Source: Bacillota bacterium (GTDB lineage: Bacteria; Bacillota_I; Bacilli_A; RF39; UBA660). Taken from it: a stretch of 64,000 nucleotides of DNA. Below are positions 60,394-64,000 of the stretch, one piece after another. The notes under the pieces were generated by a model. It was not told the origin of the DNA. It searched no databases and saw nothing but the letters and a program-made list of their open reading frames with translations. Location: positions 735,811 through 799,810 of the forward strand of contig SVAI01000001.1 of assembly GCA_015059495.1 (NCBI GenBank). The letters run 5' to 3'. The translations under genes were made by a program, and so were the position numbers. Positions within the stretch are counted from its first letter, which is position 1. Each line of letters opens with the position of its first letter.

Positions 60394-60471
60394 AAAAACA
60401 CCTCATAGTTTCATTATACAAAATAATATTTAATAATTCTATCTTTTTTTACGTATTTTAAGGTATTTTTT

Positions 60472-60504
60472 AATAAATAAAAAGAAATGGCTTATTGCCA
60501 TTTC
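60472..60504 (-). terminator. intrinsic terminator after xfp
   Basis: GAAATGGC-aata-AGCCATTTC followed by TTTTTATTT on the minus strand. Confidence 0.5.
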
Positions 60505-62801
60505 CAATCCCTAATTTCTGGAGTATCAATTCCATACTCTTTAATATAATTTTTATGTTCAATTAACTTCTTACTCATTAAGTCATATAAGTACAAACCA
60601 TCACTACCTAGATCAGGTAAACTCTCAATAACATTTTGTACTAAATGATATCTATCTATCTTATTTAATACTCTCATATCAAATGGAGTTGTAATAGTTC
60701 CTTCTTCAATATAACCTGCTACTTTCATATTATGATTATGTCTAGTATAAGTTAATTCATGAATTAATGATGGATATCCATGATATGCAAATATAATTGG
60801 TTTATCTTTAGTAAATAATAAATCATATTCAGCATCACTTATTCCATGTGGATGTCTAGAATCTAATTTCATTAAATCTATTACATTAACAAATCTAACT
60901 TTTACTTGTGGTAAATATTCACCTAGAATTTGAGTAGCAGCTAGCGCTTCGACTGTTGGTGTATCACCACAGCAAGCCATAACAACATCTACCCCATCCA
61001 TATCATTACTTGCAAAAGGCCAAATACCTAATCCTTTGGTACAATGCTTAATTGCTTCATCCATATTTAACCATTGATATGATGGATGTTTAGATGCAAC
61101 TATTATATTTATATAATCTTTAGTTTTAGATACATGATCATAACAAGATAATAATGTATTAGCATCTACTGGTAAATAAACTCTAACTATATCAGCTTTC
61201 TTAGTAACCATATGATCAATAAATCCAGGATCTTGATGAGTAAATCCATTATGATCTTGTTGCCATACATTACTTGTTAATATGTAATTTAAAGATGATA
61301 TACTTTGTCTCCAAGGTATTTCTTTACATACTTTTAACCATTTAGCATGTTGACTAGCCATTGAATCTATAATTCTAATAAATGCTTCATAAGAAACAAA
61401 TACACCATGTCTACCTGTTAATAAATAACCTTCTAACATACCTTGACATAAATGTTCTGATAAATAAGAATCCATAATCTTACCATTTTTAGATAAATAT
61501 TCATCATCCATATTTGTTGGTAATTGAAAATCTCTCTTAGTTGCTTCAAATACCTTATATAATCTATTAGACATAGCTTCATCTGGACAGAACAATCTAA
61601 AATTATTATTATCTTTATTTAAATTAAATATATCTCTAATATAACCAGATAATACTAACATATCTTGTTCTTTAACTTGACCAGGATAATCTAATTTTAC
61701 TTGATAATCTCTAAAGTCAGGTAATCTTAAACTCTTAAGTAGTGCTCCACCATTAGCAATTGGATTAGCACCCATTCTTCTATTACCTTTAGGTATTACT
61801 TTATTTATTTCTTCTTTTAATTTACCATTACTATCAAATAACTTTTCTGGATGATAAGATCTTAACCATTTTTCTAACACTTCAATATCTTCATCAGTTT
61901 CAATAGTAACTGGAACTTGATGTGCTCTAAATGATCCTTCAATTTTCTTACCATTAACTACCTTAGGACCAGTCCATCCTTTAGGTGTTCTAAGTATTAT
62001 CATTGGATAATATGGTTTCTTTTCTGGATTTTGTTTAATATATTTAATATCTAATAATACTTGATCTAATGTTTTAGCCATTAACTGATGCATTTCTTCA
62101 AGGTTTTCACCTTCAACAAAATATGGTCTATAACCTAAACCTACAAAATAGAATTTTAAGTTTTGATCATCCATTCTACCAAGTACTGTTGGATTAGAAA
62201 TCTTAAATCCATTTAAATGTAATATTGGTAAAACAATACCATCACTCTTAGGATTAATAAACTTATTAGCTTGCCAACTTGTTGCAAGTGGACCAGTTTC
62301 AGCTTCACCATCTCCAACAACACAAGCAACAATTAAATCAGGATTGTCTAATACTGCACCAAAAGAATGTGCAAGACTATAACCTAATTCACCACCCTCA
62401 TGAATTGAACCAGGAGTTTCTGGTGCAACATGTGAAGGTACTCCACCTGGAAATGAAAATTGTTTAAATAACTTTTTCATTCCAATCTTATCTTGAGTAA
62501 TATCTTGATATTTTTCTGTATATGATCCATCTAAATAATCATTAGCAATCATGAAATTACCACCATGACCTGGACCAGATACATAAATCATATTTAAATC
62601 ATTATCAACAATTAATCTATTTAAATGTGCATATATAAAGTTTTGACCAGGAACTGTACCCCAGTGTCCAACTATTTTCTTTTTTAAATCACTTCTTTTA
62701 AGTGGATTTTCCAATAAGGGATTATCAAGTAAATATAGTTGACATGCAGATAAATAATTAGCTGCATCAAAATATTTAGCCACTAAATCTATATTTTCCA
62801 T
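60492..62801 (-). CDS. xfp: xylulose-5-phosphate/fructose-6-phosphate phosphoketolase
   Basis: 769 aa. The N-terminus MENIDLVAKYFDAANYLSACQLYLLDNPLL, the EGGELGY motif, the ThDP-binding GDGE motif and overall Xfp family architecture. Confidence 0.9.
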   Translation of the reverse strand: MENIDLVAKYFDAANYLSACQLYLLDNPLLENPLKRSDLKKKIVGHWGTVPGQNFIYAHLNRLIVDNDLNMIYVSGPGHGGNFMIANDYLDGSYTEKYQDITQDKIGMKKLFKQFSFPGGVPSHVAPETPGSIHEGGELGYSLAHSFGAVLDNPDLIVACVVGDGEAETGPLATSWQANKFINPKSDGIVLPILHLNGFKISNPTVLGRMDDQNLKFYFVGLGYRPYFVEGENLEEMHQLMAKTLDQVLLDIKYIKQNPEKKPYYPMIILRTPKGWTGPKVVNGKKIEGSFRAHQVPVTIETDEDIEVLEKWLRSYHPEKLFDSNGKLKEEINKVIPKGNRRMGANPIANGGALLKSLRLPDFRDYQVKLDYPGQVKEQDMLVLSGYIRDIFNLNKDNNNFRLFCPDEAMSNRLYKVFEATKRDFQLPTNMDDEYLSKNGKIMDSYLSEHLCQGMLEGYLLTGRHGVFVSYEAFIRIIDSMASQHAKWLKVCKEIPWRQSISSLNYILTSNVWQQDHNGFTHQDPGFIDHMVTKKADIVRVYLPVDANTLLSCYDHVSKTKDYINIIVASKHPSYQWLNMDEAIKHCTKGLGIWPFASNDMDGVDVVMACCGDTPTVEALAATQILGEYLPQVKVRFVNVIDLMKLDSRHPHGISDAEYDLLFTKDKPIIFAYHGYPSLIHELTYTRHNHNMKVAGYIEEGTITTPFDMRVLNKIDRYHLVQNVIESLPDLGSDGLYLYDLMSKKLIEHKNYIKEYGIDTPEIRDWKWQ

Positions 62802-62835
62802 AATTATCCCTTCCTATTCTTAAAATAGTATATCA

Positions 62836-63516
62836 CTATTTACTATTTTTTAAAACTAATTTTTCAATTGGTTCATTTTTATTCTCTTTATAAAATTCAT
62901 GTGATAGTAACATTCTTTGTATTTCTTTCTTATCTTTTAATTCTCTTTCAAATACTTTTTTCTTCTTACCATTCTTTATATATCTTCTAGTATAATCTAT
63001 TAAAGTTATACCTTCAAATATAAATATTATAGTAAGTAAACAATTAATAATTAATTCACTATTTATACTTATATTAAATAATTCATTTATCTTAGTAGGA
63101 TCACTAAGTAATAATATTAATACAATAGATATAGACATAACTACCATCTTAACTTTACCTAACTTAGTAGCTCTAGATTTATTACCATTAACAGTACTAT
63201 TAAATGCTACATAAAATATAATAAATTCCATTAGTATTACAAGTAGCATAATTGGATATTTAATAGATAATAATATTAATACAATTACATTAAATAATTT
63301 ATCTGATACTGCATCAAATATTGCACCAAAGAATGTTGATGTATGTAATACTCTAGCTAAGAATCCATCAATACAATCAGTTGATACGAATATTAATACC
63401 CCAATACCTAAAGCAAAGTATCCTAAATTAAAGTATATTGGTATTAAAAGTAATGAACCAATAACTCTTAAAAAAGTAATACTATTAACTAGTATAAATC
63501 TTTTACTAACCTTCAT
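62836..63516 (-). CDS. CDP-alcohol phosphatidyltransferase family protein (PgsA-like) with C-terminal extension
   Basis: DCIDGFLARV...GAIFDAVSDK matches D-x2-DG-x2-AR...G-x3-D-x3-D. Multi-TM. ~60-aa charged C-terminal tail. Confidence 0.65.
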   Translation of the reverse strand: MKVSKRFILVNSITFLRVIGSLLLIPIYFNLGYFALGIGVLIFVSTDCIDGFLARVLHTSTFFGAIFDAVSDKLFNVIVLILLSIKYPIMLLVILMEFIIFYVAFNSTVNGNKSRATKLGKVKMVVMSISIVLILLLSDPTKINELFNISINSELIINCLLTIIFIFEGITLIDYTRRYIKNGKKKKVFERELKDKKEIQRMLLSHEFYKENKNEPIEKLVLKNSK

Positions 63517-63524
63517 AACCTACC

Positions 63525-64000
63525 TCATATCTTTATATATTTAATATTATATATTCTATCATCATGACTAATAACTATATTATTTAACTTATCATAAGTA
63601 GTTTCTATTTCAAATACTATATCTTTATCATCATAAACATATTTAAAAGTATATGTTTTAATATTCTTATCTTCTTTTTCTTCTCCATTTAAATAACTTA
63701 CATAACTATAAATATTACTAGGTAAAAAGAAATATGCTAAATAATCATCATATAAATTATCTATTACAGTATTAGTAGTAGTATCAGTAATTATATTACT
63801 TTCTACTTTATATGAAATACTTTCTTCTCCCTTAGTTTTAACACCAGTATCTATAGTATTTTTCATAGTGCCTTTATATGTAGTTACATTATCATCTAAA
63901 TCATTAATAATTATTTCATAATTATAATCTTTATATATTGAAAAAATATCTCCTAAATTATTAAAAGTAATAACTTCCTCTTTTGGATTATTAACATTAT
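63525..64000 (-). CDS. hypothetical protein, 5' end probably beyond the window
   Basis: The ORF track starts it at Met 63866, but the frame stays open upstream to the window edge (…NVNNPKEEVITFNNLGDIFSIYKDYNYEIINDLDDNVTTYKGT-MKNT…). Confidence 0.3.
   Translation of the reverse strand, partial: NVNNPKEEVITFNNLGDIFSIYKDYNYEIIINDLDDNVTTYKGTMKNTIDTGVKTKGEESISYKVESNIITDTTTNTVIDNLYDDYLAYFFLPSNIYSYVSYLNGEEKEDKNIKTYTFKYVYDDKDIVFEIETTYDKLNNIVISHDDRIYNIKYIKI

Overview
This is a 64 kb chromosomal window from a very AT-rich, standard-genetic-code low-GC Firmicute. Nearly all genes are on the minus strand. The core content is: TfoX-like fragment (partial), CarD-like regulator, recG, rmuC, a rhodanese, the heat-shock operon hrcA-grpE-dnaK-[pepF]-dnaJ behind two CIRCE-like repeats, an MsbA-like ABC exporter, a GspE/PilB ATPase, rny, a class A PBP, trmL, a CotJB/CotJC-like pair, a P-type ATPase, a MacB-type ABC, spoIIP, rpsT, miaA, a spoIIIAH/gerE/gerM-like cluster, a diacylglycerol kinase, SpoIID/LysM wall proteins, two tRNAs, natAB-like ABC, nrnA, ackA, xfp and a CDP-alcohol phosphatidyltransferase. 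Accessory content includes two paralogous DUF285-repeat surface proteins and an orphan TraG/VirD4-like coupling ATPase next to a large NlpC/P60 hydrolase. The most interesting items are all absent from the ORF track. They are an unannotated two-peptide double-glycine bacteriocin operon with a C39-ABC exporter, two paralogous small-hydrophobic-peptide/convergent-sRNA modules that look like type I toxin-antitoxin loci, and a structurally intact tRNA-Thr(UGU)-like gene that lacks G18G19 and has GUGC in place of TΨC.
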